A DNA stretch of 64,000 nt from an uncultured Candidatus Rokubacteria bacterium (GCA_963805625.1 CAWDVE010000019.1:352001-416000), one strand, 5' to 3'; positions 40,525 to 50,535 are shown, numbered from the stretch's first letter. Numbers and translations are program-made. Notes: generated from the sequence alone by a model not told the origin.

Positions 40525-40893
40525 ATGGCGCCGACCAGCCGACCGCTGCCGCCCAGCATTGTCCAGGAGTTCGGGCGTGCCTTGAACGAGGCGCGGGCTC
40601 AGCTCCTCAGGGCGGTGGCGACGACGGAGGCAGAGCTTCACACCATCGAGGAGCGTGAAATCGGCGCCCCGCTGGAGGACGCCGGGCGCGTGGTGTTGCA
40701 GGGCATCCTTGCCAGGCTTGACGACCGTGAGCAGGCGGAGTTCGACGACATCGAGGCGGGGCTGGAGCGCTTGCGGTCGGGTACCTTCGGCCTCTGCGAC
40801 GTGTGCCACGGTGAGATTCCCATAGCCCGGCTCCGGGCCGTTCCAACCGCTCGGCGATGTCTCGCCTGCCAGAGCATGCAGGAGGCTCGATGA
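40525..40893 (+). CDS. TraR/DksA C4-type zinc finger protein
   Basis: GTFGLCDVCH..IP.ARLRAVP...RCLACQ; paralog of 6090-6452. Confidence 0.85.
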   Translation: MAPTSRPLPPSIVQEFGRALNEARAQLLRAVATTEAELHTIEEREIGAPLEDAGRVVLQGILARLDDREQAEFDDIEAGLERLRSGTFGLCDVCHGEIPIARLRAVPTARRCLACQSMQEAR

Positions 40894-41064
40894 CGGCATG
40901 ACGTGCGAGCTCCGCGGCTGGGGGCATCCGCCGCGACGTCGGGATTGCGTCTCCCTGTCGGCTGGAGGCCCAAGCACAGAGCAGGACATCGGAGCCAAAC
41001 GAGGACGGGCGACGGGCATTCGTCCCGAGTCGATGCTCCGAGATGACAGTGGCGCGCGCGGGCG

Positions 41065-41463
41065 CTAGGGCCTTCTGATCTTGCCTCCAGTCGGCCCGCC
41101 CAGATTCCCGATCCCGAGGGTGCTCTGACCGGGCACGATGAGTGACGATGCCCGCTCGCGACGGAGCTCATCGAGCTCCTTGAGCATCGTCTCCAGTGCA
41201 ACCTGGGCAGCCCCCGAGAATCTCTCGAGAGCCTCTGCGAACGTGTGCGCATCGATCTCGAAGCTGAGAGGCATGGGACCGGCCGGTGTGAGGAGGGTTG
41301 TCTGACCCTCGAATATCACCGTTCGGGTCTTGTCATCGGCCCCGTCGGGAGCAACCGGCACCAGTCTGCGGATCGAGCCCACCCGTCGATCGGTGAACAT
41401 CTCCTCCCGGTACAGGTTCGCTGTATCAATCCGGAGCTCGGGGACATCGCGCTGCGGGCTCAC
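41065..41463 (-). CDS. Conserved-looking hypothetical cytoplasmic protein
   Basis: NLYREEMFTDRRVGSIRRLVPV..G.MPLSFEI..SSLIVPG; protein-like composition; GTG start. Confidence 0.7.
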   Translation of the reverse strand: MSPQRDVPELRIDTANLYREEMFTDRRVGSIRRLVPVAPDGADDKTRTVIFEGQTTLLTPAGPMPLSFEIDAHTFAEALERFSGAAQVALETMLKELDELRRERASSLIVPGQSTLGIGNLGGPTGGKIRRP

Positions 41464-41611
41464 GGCCGACCTCTCGACCAACGTTGACCAGTGACGTCCG
41501 CCTTGCGCCCGCCGTCTGTGCACCAGAGCTTGCCTGAGCTGTCCGTCATGCCGATACCCTCCTCCACGGCTGTCCGACTGCAATCGTCACACTAGACCGC
41601 ACATTCACTCC

Positions 41612-41627
41612 GGCAAACAGCATGCCA
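41612..41627 (-). promoter_or_regulatory. Putative sigma54 promoter
   Basis: TGGCATGCTGTTTGCC. Confidence 0.65.
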
Positions 41628-41797
41628 GTTCGCAGGCTGGGGTCAACCTCGCGGGGCATCGACTTCGTCGGGCGGTGATTCCGCACGGTTCGGCGGGTAT
41701 GGCCGTACTCGAGCCCTGCCGGCGATCGCGGCCGGGGGTGGTCCCGTCTCGCCCCTGGAGGCGGACGACCGGTACGTCCTGGTGCCGTAGCCCCGAC

Positions 41798-41815
41798 TGA
41801 GGCGGTGTCGCCCCA
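41798..41815. promoter_or_regulatory. Candidate activator site
   Basis: TGAGG-CGGTGTCG-CCCCA preceded by CCCCG-AC. Confidence 0.5.
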
Positions 41816-41900
41816 TCGCTCGATCGCTGGCGAACGTCCGGCCTGGGGCGCGAAAGTGCTGGAGCTACTTCGCTGTGGCTGCGCAAGCGGTGTGGTTCCG

Positions 41901-41916
41901 TGGCAGATCGGTTGCA
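41901..41916 (+). promoter_or_regulatory. Putative sigma54 promoter of the second E1 pair
   Basis: TGGCAGATCGGTTGCA. Confidence 0.7.
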
Positions 41917-42124
41917 CGAGCGGTGCGCCGATGGGAGCGCTCACGACTCCAGTGCCGGCCGCGATGCCGGGTGAACATGACGAGGCGGTGCGATCGCTGA
42001 GTCGCCGCGCCAAACCAGGATTGAGAAGACCCAGGAGAGGCCACGGGGTGATGGCTTCAGCGAGACCATGGGAGATCGCACCACGCGGCCGGCCGACCGG
42101 TCGACGTATCGCGTAGAATTAGGC

Positions 42125-43258
42125 ATGCCGCGCATCCCGATCGAACCGCAATTCACCATCGAGTATCTGTCGATTCTTGATGCCGATGGCCGGCTCGACG
42201 AGGCTCTTGCACCGCACCTCGCACCGGACGACCTGAAGCGCCTCCACCGGGCCATGCTGCTCGGCCGTCGCCTCGACGAGCGAATGCTTCGGTTGCAGCG
42301 CCAGGGGCGCATCGGCACGTTCGCCCCGATCAAGGGCCAGGAAGCCTCGCAGCTCGGGAGTGCGTTCTGCCTACGTCCGACGGACTGGATGGTGCCGTCG
42401 TTTCGCGAGACGGCGGCCATGGTGTGGCGAGGCTGGCCAATCGAGAAGCTCCTGCTGTTCTTCTCGGGCTACCTCGAAGGCGGTCAGCCCGCTCCGGACC
42501 AGCGGGACCTGCCCATCACGATCCCGGTGGCGACTCAGCTGCCTCATGCCGTGGGGCTCGCCTACGCGGCACAGTACCGGGCCGATCCGGCGGTCGTCAT
42601 GGTCTTCTTCGGTGACGGGGCGACGTCGGAGGGGGATTTCCACGAAGCCCTCAACTTTGCGGGCGTCTGGCAGGTACCCGTCGTCTTCGTCTGCCAGAAC
42701 AATCAGTGGGCCATCTCGGTTCCGCTGAAGAAGCAGACACACTCTCGCACGCTCGCGAGCAAGGCCCTGGCGTACGGCCTCCCCGGCATCCAAGTGGACG
42801 GCAATGACATCCTGGCCGTGGTGGCCGCGAATCGCGAGGCAGTCGAGCGGGCGCGAGCTGGAGGTGGGCCGACGCTCATCGAATGCGTGACCTACCGGCT
42901 TGGTGTCCACACGACGGCCGACGACCCGACCCGATATCGCTCGGCCGAGGAGCTCGCCGCCTGGGAGCGCAAGGACCCGTTGACGCGCTTCACGGCGTAC
43001 ATCCGGGCGCGAGGGCTCCTCGACGAGAGACTGGAGCAAGAGATCGACGCCGAGATCGCGGCGGCCGTTGAGCGCTTCGAGGCGGCGCCGCCCCCCGATC
43101 CTCTCCGGATGTTCGACCACGCCTACGGGCAGCTGCCGCTGGATCTTCAGCGTCAGCGCGCGGCGATGGCGGAGCGGCTAGGTGACAGCCGCCAGCCGCC
43201 TCCGGTCGAGGGACTCCGATCACCGCCGATGCGAGGCCAGCGGACGCCGCGGCCATGA
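42125..43258 (+). CDS. pdhA: Pyruvate/branched-chain 2-oxoacid dehydrogenase E1 alpha (second, distinct clade)
   Basis: LQRQGRIG, GQEASQ, GDGATSEGDFHE, QNNQWAIS, TYRLGVHTTADDP. Confidence 0.9.
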   Translation: MPRIPIEPQFTIEYLSILDADGRLDEALAPHLAPDDLKRLHRAMLLGRRLDERMLRLQRQGRIGTFAPIKGQEASQLGSAFCLRPTDWMVPSFRETAAMVWRGWPIEKLLLFFSGYLEGGQPAPDQRDLPITIPVATQLPHAVGLAYAAQYRADPAVVMVFFGDGATSEGDFHEALNFAGVWQVPVVFVCQNNQWAISVPLKKQTHSRTLASKALAYGLPGIQVDGNDILAVVAANREAVERARAGGGPTLIECVTYRLGVHTTADDPTRYRSAEELAAWERKDPLTRFTAYIRARGLLDERLEQEIDAEIAAAVERFEAAPPPDPLRMFDHAYGQLPLDLQRQRAAMAERLGDSRQPPPVEGLRSPPMRGQRTPRP

Positions 43259-44235
43259 GCAAGCTCAGCATGGTCAAGGCGCTGAACCTGGCGCTGCGCC
43301 AGGAGATGGAGCGCGATTCGGACGTGCTGATCATCGGTGAGGACGTCGGGATCGACGGCGGCGTCTTTCGGGTGACCGACGGGCTCCACGCCGCGTTCGG
43401 GTCGAAGCGCGTGATGGACAGCCCCCTGGCCGAGTCGGCGATCATTGGCGTGTCGATCGGGATGGCGCTCTACGGACTCAAGCCCGTCTGCGAGATCCAG
43501 TTCTCGGGGTTCGGCTTCCAGTGCTTCCATCAGATCGAGAATCACGCCGCACGCTACCGCATGCGATCCCAGGGACGCTTCGCCGTGTCCATGGTGGTCC
43601 GGATGCCGTACGGCGGCGGGGTTCGGGCGCTGGAGCACCACTCGGAGTCGGAAGAGCAGTTCTACGCGCACATCCCCGGGCTCACGATGGTGATCCCGTC
43701 CGGCCCGCGGAACGCGCGAGCGCTCCTGGTGAGCGCGCTCCGCCATCCCGACCCCGTGGTGTTCTTCGAGCCGAAAGCGCTCTACCACGCGGCCAGTGAA
43801 GAGGTGCCCGACGAGAGTGAGGCGTTTCCTCTCGGCCGCGCGCAGGTGCTGCGCGAAGGCCGCGCCCTGACGCTCGTCGCCTACGGCGCCATGGTCCGCG
43901 TGGTCCTCGAGGTCGCGGATCGGCTCCGGGCGGAGGACGGCGTGGAGGCCGAGGTGGTCGACCTGCTGACGCTGTCGCCCCTGGACCGGGAGACCCTGGC
44001 GAGCTCTGTCAGCAAGACAGGGCGGGCGGTGGTGGTCCATGAGGCCCCGAAGAGCTTTGGTCCCGGTGCCGAGATCGCCACGTCGATTATGGAAGGGGCC
44101 TTTCTGTCGCTCCAGGCGCCCATCGCGCGCGTTACGGGGCACGACGTGCCCTTCGTCGGGTTCGCGCGCGAGCAAGCGAACCTTCCCGGCGTGGCTCGCG
44201 TGCTGGCGGCCGCCCGGGAAACGCTGGCGTTCTAG
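43255..44235 (+). CDS. pdhB: 2-oxoacid dehydrogenase E1 beta (second)
   Basis: GEDVG.DGGVFRVT, DSPLAES, EIQF, EHHSES. Confidence 0.9.
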   Translation: MSKLSMVKALNLALRQEMERDSDVLIIGEDVGIDGGVFRVTDGLHAAFGSKRVMDSPLAESAIIGVSIGMALYGLKPVCEIQFSGFGFQCFHQIENHAARYRMRSQGRFAVSMVVRMPYGGGVRALEHHSESEEQFYAHIPGLTMVIPSGPRNARALLVSALRHPDPVVFFEPKALYHAASEEVPDESEAFPLGRAQVLREGRALTLVAYGAMVRVVLEVADRLRAEDGVEAEVVDLLTLSPLDRETLASSVSKTGRAVVVHEAPKSFGPGAEIATSIMEGAFLSLQAPIARVTGHDVPFVGFAREQANLPGVARVLAAARETLAF

Positions 44236-44248
44236 GAGGAGGGAGGCC

Positions 44249-44395
44249 ATGTCACCGGGGAAGCCCGAAGTCGCGCAGGTCTTGCGAATGCTCGACTGGA
44301 TGCGCGCCGAACGGATTTGGCCGAATGGGCCGCGGTACGATCGCAATGCCGTCACGCACGTGATGGCGTGCTCGCCCTGTTTCCGGGGAAGCTGA
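44249..44395 (+). pseudogene. Probable internally deleted remnant of a hypothetical protein
   Basis: 48-aa ORF with a strong RBS (GGAGG); LDWMRAERIWPNGPRY / ..VTHVMACS looks like a joined N- and C-terminus. Confidence 0.35.
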
Positions 44396-44513
44396 TCCGG
44401 CGAGGCGGCGGGTGACGGGGCGACGCGGGCTCTCCACCCGTCTGGGGATTCGCACCCCAGCCGAACGTTGCGGAGCTGGCGGACGGAGGGCCACGGTTCG
44501 GCAACGAGCCCAC

Positions 44514-44529
44514 CGGTACTGCGCTTGCA
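44514..44529 (+). promoter_or_regulatory. Putative sigma54 promoter
   Basis: CGGTACTGCGCTTGCA. Confidence 0.55.
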
Positions 44530-44566
44530 CGGCTCGAAACGCGAGCCATGACGACGGAGGAGCAGC

Positions 44567-44794
44567 ATGCAATTCTTCGCGGTCGAAGAGGAAGCCATCC
44601 ACCACGTCGGGGACGCGCAGTGCCCCGAGTGCCTCGAGGAGTACCCCGAGAGTTGCGCATGCGGCGGCCTGATCCATGCCGAGAACGGAGGCCCTGACGA
44701 CGAGGACGGAAACCCGGGCCTCCGGACGCGGTGCGACCAGTGTCGGCGTTCGCAAGAGGACGTCGAGGAGGATCTGGGCCGCGAGCCCGCGTAG
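44567..44794 (+). CDS. Small acidic Cys/His-rich putative metal-binding protein
   Basis: HH..CPEC..CAC..H..CDQC; RBS GGAGGAG. Confidence 0.7.
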   Translation: MQFFAVEEEAIHHVGDAQCPECLEEYPESCACGGLIHAENGGPDDEDGNPGLRTRCDQCRRSQEDVEEDLGREPA

Positions 44795-44850
44795 CGAGGC
44801 GACCACGGGCGCCGACTTGGTGGATCCTCGTCTGTCGACCTCGTCGCCCA

Positions 44851-45339
44851 ATGCCCGGAAAGCGTAGCGCGGGCCTTCTGGTCTATCGACGCCGCTCGGG
44901 CGCTTGCGAAGTGTTCCTGGTGCACCCGGGAGGGCCCTTCTGGCAGTCCAGGGACTTGGGGGCTTGGTCCATTCCCAAGGGCGAGTTCACGCCCGATGAG
45001 GACCCTCTCGGCGCGGCCCGGCGGGAGTTTGTCGAGGAGACCGGCGTCGAGATGTCGGGTGACTTCCTGTCGCTGGCGCCAATCAGGCAACCCAGCGGCA
45101 AGACCATCGATGTCTGGGCAGTCGAGGGAGACTGTGACCCCACGACGATCAAGAGCAACACGTTCGCGGCGGAGTGGCCGCCGCGCTCGGGCCACGTGCG
45201 GGAGTTCCCGGAGGTTGACCGCGCGGCGTGGTTCGGGATTGACGAGGCTCGAGAGCGGATCACCAAGGGACAGCGCGGCTTCCTGGATCAACTGCGTGCG
45301 CTTCTTGGCGGGGAGTCGGGCCCGAAGGCCCGCGAGTAG
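44851..45339 (+). CDS. NUDIX hydrolase (COG4119-like)
   Basis: SAGLL, LVHPGGPFW, WSIPKGE..AARREFVEETG, FPEVDRA. Confidence 0.9.
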   Translation: MPGKRSAGLLVYRRRSGACEVFLVHPGGPFWQSRDLGAWSIPKGEFTPDEDPLGAARREFVEETGVEMSGDFLSLAPIRQPSGKTIDVWAVEGDCDPTTIKSNTFAAEWPPRSGHVREFPEVDRAAWFGIDEARERITKGQRGFLDQLRALLGGESGPKARE

Positions 45340-45422
45340 ACTCGGTCGCGGCACTGGCGGCACCTTGCCGAAGGACTCGGCGGGTGGGAGAGCCGCGCAG
45401 CCTCGCGTGAGGCATCGTCGGT

Positions 45423-46919
45423 TCAAGGCAGCCAGTGTTGCGAGTGGAGCAAAGCCAGGTAGGGTAGTCCGATGCCCAGCAGGGTTGTGAGATACAGGGT
45501 GCCGAAGACGGCCCCGAACGTCCAGAACTCTCGATGGCTGATGTAGCCACTTCCGTAGTAGAGCGGCGCCGACCCGGTGGCGTACGGCGTGAGGATCCCC
45601 ATGAGTCCGAGGGAGTACGACAACAGCAGGGAGACGAGCGGAACCGGCAGGCCCGGCAGGGCCATGACGGCAGTCAGAAACACTGGGAGCATCGCTGTCG
45701 CGTGTGCCGTGAGGCTCGCGAACAGGTAGTGCGAGACGAAGAAGACGACCACGAGGAGGGCGACTGTCGCCGTGCCGGACAGGGGCCCCAGCGCACCTGA
45801 TGCGGTCGCCGCGAACCAGGGCAGGAATCCGACCCGGCTCAGCCCGTTCGCCAGCGTGATGAGGGTGGCGAACCAGATCAAGTTGCTCCACGCCCGCCTG
45901 TAGCCTAGAAAGTCGTCCCAGGCGATCACGCCACTCAGAACCATGAGGCAGAGCGTGAGCAGCGCGACGGCCGTCGCGGTCATCCACCGTCCACCGAAGA
46001 TCCACAGCGACAGGGCCAGGAGCGCCAGGAGCGCCATCATCGTCTCGCGGCGCGTGAGCGGGCCGAGTCGCACGAGCTCCTGGTGTGCCCACTTCGGGAC
46101 GTCGGCACTCACTCTGACAATTGGTGGATAGATCCGGTAGATGAGGAATGGCTGAAGGATGAAGAGGACGAACCCGATCGGCAGGAAGCCGAGGAACCAG
46201 CCGACCCACGTCACCTGGACGCCGGCGATCTGGTTCATCAGGCTGATGGCGAGGAGGTTCGGGGCGAGTGCGGTCACGAACATCGAGCTCGTGACGCACG
46301 TCGTGGCGAAGGCCGTCCACATGACGTACGCGCCGATGCGGTGCGCTGTGGCACCCGGGGTGGATCCGTAGAGGGCGGGAATGCCTTCGATGATCGGGAA
46401 GACGATTCCGCCGCTGCGCGCAGTGTTCGAGGGAACGAACGGTGCCAGCGCGAGGTCGGTCAACGCGATCGCGTACCCAAGCCCGAGCGTGCGGCCGCCG
46501 AGTGCCCGCACCAGGAGCAGGGCGAGGCGCCGCCCCAGGCCGGTCTTCTGGTAACCCAGCGCGAACATGAACGCGACGAACATGAGCCATACCGTGCTGT
46601 CCGCGAAGCCGGTGAGGGCCCATTGCATCGATTCGACGGGTGTCGGAGCGACGAGCCGGAGAATCGAGGCCGCGGTGATGCCGATCAAGCCCGCCGCGGG
46701 ACCGGGGAGCGGCTCGGTCACGAGCGTCGCGATGACCGTCACGAACAGGGCGAAATAGTACCAGGCATTGACCGTCAGCCCGGCAGGGATGGGCAGCGAG
46801 ACCACGGCGAGTCCCAGCGATACTGGCAGCAGCGCCCGCCAGCTCGCACGGAGCACGGTTCGAAGTCGACGAGGGCGGTTACTGCGGCCGGGCACTTTCC
46901 GTGCCCCGACGCGACTCAT
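45423..46919 (-). CDS. DASS-family di/tricarboxylate transporter (CitT/TtdT-like)
   Basis: KTGLGRRLAL, PSNTARSGGI, TSSMFVTALAPN, HYLFASLTAH, TPYATG; start uncertain. Confidence 0.9.
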   Translation of the reverse strand: MSRVGARKVPGRSNRPRRLRTVLRASWRALLPVSLGLAVVSLPIPAGLTVNAWYYFALFVTVIATLVTEPLPGPAAGLIGITAASILRLVAPTPVESMQWALTGFADSTVWLMFVAFMFALGYQKTGLGRRLALLLVRALGGRTLGLGYAIALTDLALAPFVPSNTARSGGIVFPIIEGIPALYGSTPGATAHRIGAYVMWTAFATTCVTSSMFVTALAPNLLAISLMNQIAGVQVTWVGWFLGFLPIGFVLFILQPFLIYRIYPPIVRVSADVPKWAHQELVRLGPLTRRETMMALLALLALSLWIFGGRWMTATAVALLTLCLMVLSGVIAWDDFLGYRRAWSNLIWFATLITLANGLSRVGFLPWFAATASGALGPLSGTATVALLVVVFFVSHYLFASLTAHATAMLPVFLTAVMALPGLPVPLVSLLLSYSLGLMGILTPYATGSAPLYYGSGYISHREFWTFGAVFGTLYLTTLLGIGLPYLALLHSQHWLP

Positions 46920-47315
46920 CACGCACGCTGCTCGGGTGGGAGAGCCAGCCATGCATCGTGAACAGCCTCGAGTGCGGCAGGGACCCGGATGGACAGTGAC
47001 GGCGTGGCGACGAGACCCAGGGGCACAAGTCCCCGCTATGATAGCCGATGGCAGGAGACCGTCCGGCCGGATCCGGTGGATGACCCCGACCGTGGCACGT
47101 CGGGCGCCCGAGGGCCGGCCGCCTCCGCGGCGGCCTTTCCAGGAGTGTCGTCCTCGGGTACGCTGCCCCGAGTCTCGAGGTGGTAGGACACGTGTGCCCC
47201 GTCTCAGCGTCGCAGGCCCCCGTTGGAGGCTCACGACCCTCTCCGTGCCACCGAGCCGCAGGGCCATCGCGGCGCCTGAGTATCGGTCGAAGAGATGAGA
47301 GATGCGGACGCGGTC

Positions 47316-47586
47316 ATGCAGCCGACGCTGCTCATCGCGATTGGCGGGAACGCCCTGCTCAAAGGTTACGTGTGATGACGTGCGCCGCTGCGCGGCTGCC
47401 GGTCACTTCCCACCGGGGACGATGGGGCCGAAGGTGGAGGCGGCTATTCGGTTCGTCGAGGCGGGCGGCAGCGAGGCGATCATCACCACGTACGATGCGC
47501 TCGGGGCCGCCGTCGCTGGCCGATGTGGCACGCATGTCGAGGCCGTGACCACGGGACGCCGCGGCGGACGGCTTCGGCTGCCTTGA
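47316..47586 (+). pseudogene. arcC: Carbamate kinase remnant with a large internal deletion
   Basis: MQPTLLIAIGGNALLK joined out of frame to GHFPPGTMGPKVEAAIRFV..GTH. Confidence 0.8.
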
Positions 47587-47739
47587 GAGATGACATCGGC
47601 AGCCCGCGCCCCGGTTGGGTCGGGACACGGAACGCCTCGGGTTGGTCAGAGGAGCCGAGCGGGACTGCCCTGGACAGGGCCCTCCGGTATCCAAGCCTCT
47701 GGCCACTGAGGCCGTGCCAACGGCGAGCGGTCTTAGGGT

Positions 47740-47777
47740 TGGGGTGGTCGCGCCTCGGGTGGGTAGTCCGGACCCCG
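47740..47777. promoter_or_regulatory. Candidate tandem activator site
   Basis: TGGGG-TGGTCGCG-CCTCG-GG-TGGGT-AGTCCGGA-CCCCG. Confidence 0.55.
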
Positions 47778-47830
47778 GCACGTGTGGCGACAGGGATGAG
47801 CTCGGCATTGGAGACGGGAGGTTACGTGGC

Positions 47831-47846
47831 TGGCAGCGCCATTGCA
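47831..47846 (+). promoter_or_regulatory. Putative sigma54 promoter of the efflux operon
   Basis: TGGCAGCGCCATTGCA. Confidence 0.7.
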
Positions 47847-47860
47847 AACTGACCGCGTCG

Positions 47861-49273
47861 ATGGAGAGGACTGAGATCAGAACTCGTCGCCGCTGGATCG
47901 TGTCCCTCGCCGTGCTGGGAGTCCTGGCCGTCGGACTCGGCATCTGGTGGTGGCAGCGGGCGAAGGACGTGTCAGTCACCCGGCCAGTGCTCGCGAGCAT
48001 CACCGAATCGATCGCCAGTAGCGGGCGGGTCCGCGGCGTGACCGAGACCTTGGCGGGCGCGCAGGCCGCTGGCGTCGTCGAGCGGCTATTCGTGCGTGAG
48101 GGTGACCGCGTGTCGGCCGGCCAGCGACTCGCCATCCTGAAGAACGACGTGGCCGAGGCACGGGCGGCGCAGGCGGAAGCGGCGCTGACGACGGCCCAGG
48201 CCACCCTGGTTCAGGTGGCGCGCGGTGCGTTGCCCTCGGATGTGGAGGCCGCGGCCGCGCAGGTCCAGCAAGCCCGGGCCCAACTCGCCCAGCAGCGGTC
48301 GTCGCTCGCCCAGGCCGAGCAGACCGTCGTTCAGGCGGAGGCCCAGTTCGCCCAGCACCAGGCCGAGCGGGAGCTGGCCGCCCGCCAGCTGGAGCGGGCC
48401 GAGCGGCTGCTCGAGCGAGGGCTCATTGCCCGGGCCGAGCACGACGAAGCCGTCACTCGGTCGCGCGTGGTGGAGCAGCAGGTCGCCGCCCAGCGGCAGG
48501 CGGTTGTCGTCGCCGAGACGGTGGTGCGTGCCTTCCGCGGGGGCGTGGCCGCCGCCGAGGCCAACGTCGCGGTTCAGGAGGCACGTCTGCGGACCCTGGA
48601 GGTCGGCGCGCGACCGGAGGACGTCGCGATCGCCCGGGAGCGGATACGGGAAGCCGAGCGGGCCCTTGCCGTGGCTCGTCGCCAGGCGCAGGAGGCGGTC
48701 GTGGTGGCGCCCTTTGGTGGCGTCGTGACCGCGATCAACGCCGAAGTGGGTCAGACGGTCGGGTCCCAGGGTGTGCTGCAGCTGGTCAGCACCGAGATGG
48801 AGATCCGTGTGGAGGTCGACGAGGCTAACCTCGCGGATCTGGCGCTGGGCCAGGCCGCGGTCGTGTCCTCCAGCACGTTTCCCGGCTCCACCTTCGCGGG
48901 ATCCGTCCGTGAGATCGCGGCGGCGGTCGACCAGACGCGCGGAACCGTGACGGTGACGGTCGCCCCGATCAAGCCGCCGGCCTGGTTACGCCCCGGCCAG
49001 ACAGTCAACGTCAACGTCGTGACCAATCCAGCCGCGCAGCGACTCCTGGTGCCGGCGGCGGCGCTTCGTCGCGTCGGCGACCGGACCGTGGTCCTGGTTG
49101 TGCGGGACGACCGTGCCGTCGAGAGAGTGGTTCAGACGCGGCCACCGACGAAGGACGGCGTCCCGGTGGTGGCTGGGCTCGACGCCGACGACCGCCTGAT
49201 CACCAATCCGGCCGCGATCCAGCCCGGAGACCGTCTCAGGATTCGGTCTTCGCCTGGGCGAGGGGAGCCGTGA
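47861..49273 (+). CDS. Periplasmic adaptor / membrane fusion protein (HlyD/MacA family)
   Basis: N-terminal TM segment, VREGDRV..GQ.L, long coiled coil, APFGGVV. Confidence 0.9.
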   Translation: MERTEIRTRRRWIVSLAVLGVLAVGLGIWWWQRAKDVSVTRPVLASITESIASSGRVRGVTETLAGAQAAGVVERLFVREGDRVSAGQRLAILKNDVAEARAAQAEAALTTAQATLVQVARGALPSDVEAAAAQVQQARAQLAQQRSSLAQAEQTVVQAEAQFAQHQAERELAARQLERAERLLERGLIARAEHDEAVTRSRVVEQQVAAQRQAVVVAETVVRAFRGGVAAAEANVAVQEARLRTLEVGARPEDVAIARERIREAERALAVARRQAQEAVVVAPFGGVVTAINAEVGQTVGSQGVLQLVSTEMEIRVEVDEANLADLALGQAAVVSSSTFPGSTFAGSVREIAAAVDQTRGTVTVTVAPIKPPAWLRPGQTVNVNVVTNPAAQRLLVPAAALRRVGDRTVVLVVRDDRAVERVVQTRPPTKDGVPVVAGLDADDRLITNPAAIQPGDRLRIRSSPGRGEP

Positions 49274-50535
49274 GTCCGGGACCGTCCCGGGCGCGCCGCC
49301 GGGGACTGGGCTTCGAGATCCAGGTGGCCATGCGCCACCTTCGATCCGGAGGCGGCCAGACCTGGCTGACGATGAGCGCGGTCGCCGCCGCGGTGATCAT
49401 CGTGATCTTCATCACGGGGCTGATCTTCGGGCTGGAGCAGAAGCTGACCGCCCTCCTGACCGAGGCGATCCCGCACGTGACGGTCCGCGTCGCGGACCCG
49501 AAGCCGACCCCACTGGCGGAGGTTCCGGGCGCGCCGCCGGGGCCGAGCTCGAGCCGCCTCGAACAGCTGGCTCCCCAGCAGAAGGACATCGACGACTGGC
49601 CGCGGGTGGCCCAGACGATCCGGGCCGTGCCGGGCGTGGTTCTCGTCGATCCCGTGGTCCGCCAGCAGGGATTCGTCTCCAAGGGCGGCCACGCGGTCGG
49701 GGTCGGCGTGGTCGGGGCGGACCCGGCGCTCCAGGACGAGGTCACCCCGATCTCGAAGTACATGGTGGCGGGCCGGTACCACGGGCTCGCCAGCGACGAG
49801 ATCGTCGTGGACACCGAACTGGCGGGGGACCTGAACCTGACGCTCGGTGAGCGCGTCCGGCTGATGTCGAACACGGGCGCCTCCGATGCCTTCACGGTCG
49901 CGGGGATCTACAGCCGGGGACAGGGACGCGGCGACGCCTACATCACCCTCCGGACGGCCCAGAGCCTCTTCGGGCTGGGGACCGCGGTGAACGTCGTCTT
50001 CGTGAAGCTCCGGGACATCTATGGTGCGGACCAGATCGCGGACCAGATCATGGGTCTCGTGCCGTACGAGGCGAAGTCATGGTCCCGCGAGTTTCCGATC
50101 TTCAAAGACCGTCTACGGGCGCAGAGCGCGACCGCGTATCTCATCTCGGGGTTCAGTCTGGTCGCCTCGTCATTCGCCATCGCCTCGGTGCTGATCGTCT
50201 CGGTGCTCCAGAAGTCCAAGCAGATCGGCATCCTCAAGGCGATCGGCGCCCGGCGCCGTCAGATCCTCCGTATCTTCATCCTCGAGGGGTTCGGGATCGC
50301 GCTGGCGGGGAGCACGGCGGGGGGGACGATCGGCACGCTGATCGTCTACGTCCTCGGACGGATCGAGCAGCCCGCGTACCGGCCCGGCCAGCCACCGGAG
50401 CAGTTCTTCCCGGCGGCGGTCCTGCCCGCCTACATCGGCCTGGCCGTGGGCGCCGCGATCGTCGCGACCGTCCTGGCGGCCTACCTGCCGTCCCGGCGGG
50501 CGGCGGGGTTGAACCCGGTGGACGTGATGCGATGA
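49270..50535 (+). CDS. ABC transporter permease (FtsX/LolE/MacB-like)
   Basis: QKSKQIGILKAIGA..I..IF..EG; YLPSRRAA.LNPV. Confidence 0.9.
   Translation: MSPGPSRARRRGLGFEIQVAMRHLRSGGGQTWLTMSAVAAAVIIVIFITGLIFGLEQKLTALLTEAIPHVTVRVADPKPTPLAEVPGAPPGPSSSRLEQLAPQQKDIDDWPRVAQTIRAVPGVVLVDPVVRQQGFVSKGGHAVGVGVVGADPALQDEVTPISKYMVAGRYHGLASDEIVVDTELAGDLNLTLGERVRLMSNTGASDAFTVAGIYSRGQGRGDAYITLRTAQSLFGLGTAVNVVFVKLRDIYGADQIADQIMGLVPYEAKSWSREFPIFKDRLRAQSATAYLISGFSLVASSFAIASVLIVSVLQKSKQIGILKAIGARRRQILRIFILEGFGIALAGSTAGGTIGTLIVYVLGRIEQPAYRPGQPPEQFFPAAVLPAYIGLAVGAAIVATVLAAYLPSRRAAGLNPVDVMR

Noticed and set aside
43153-46623. 1156-aa minus-strand ORF
   Set aside because: Arg/Pro-rich shadow frame overlapping genuine genes; typical of high-GC DNA.
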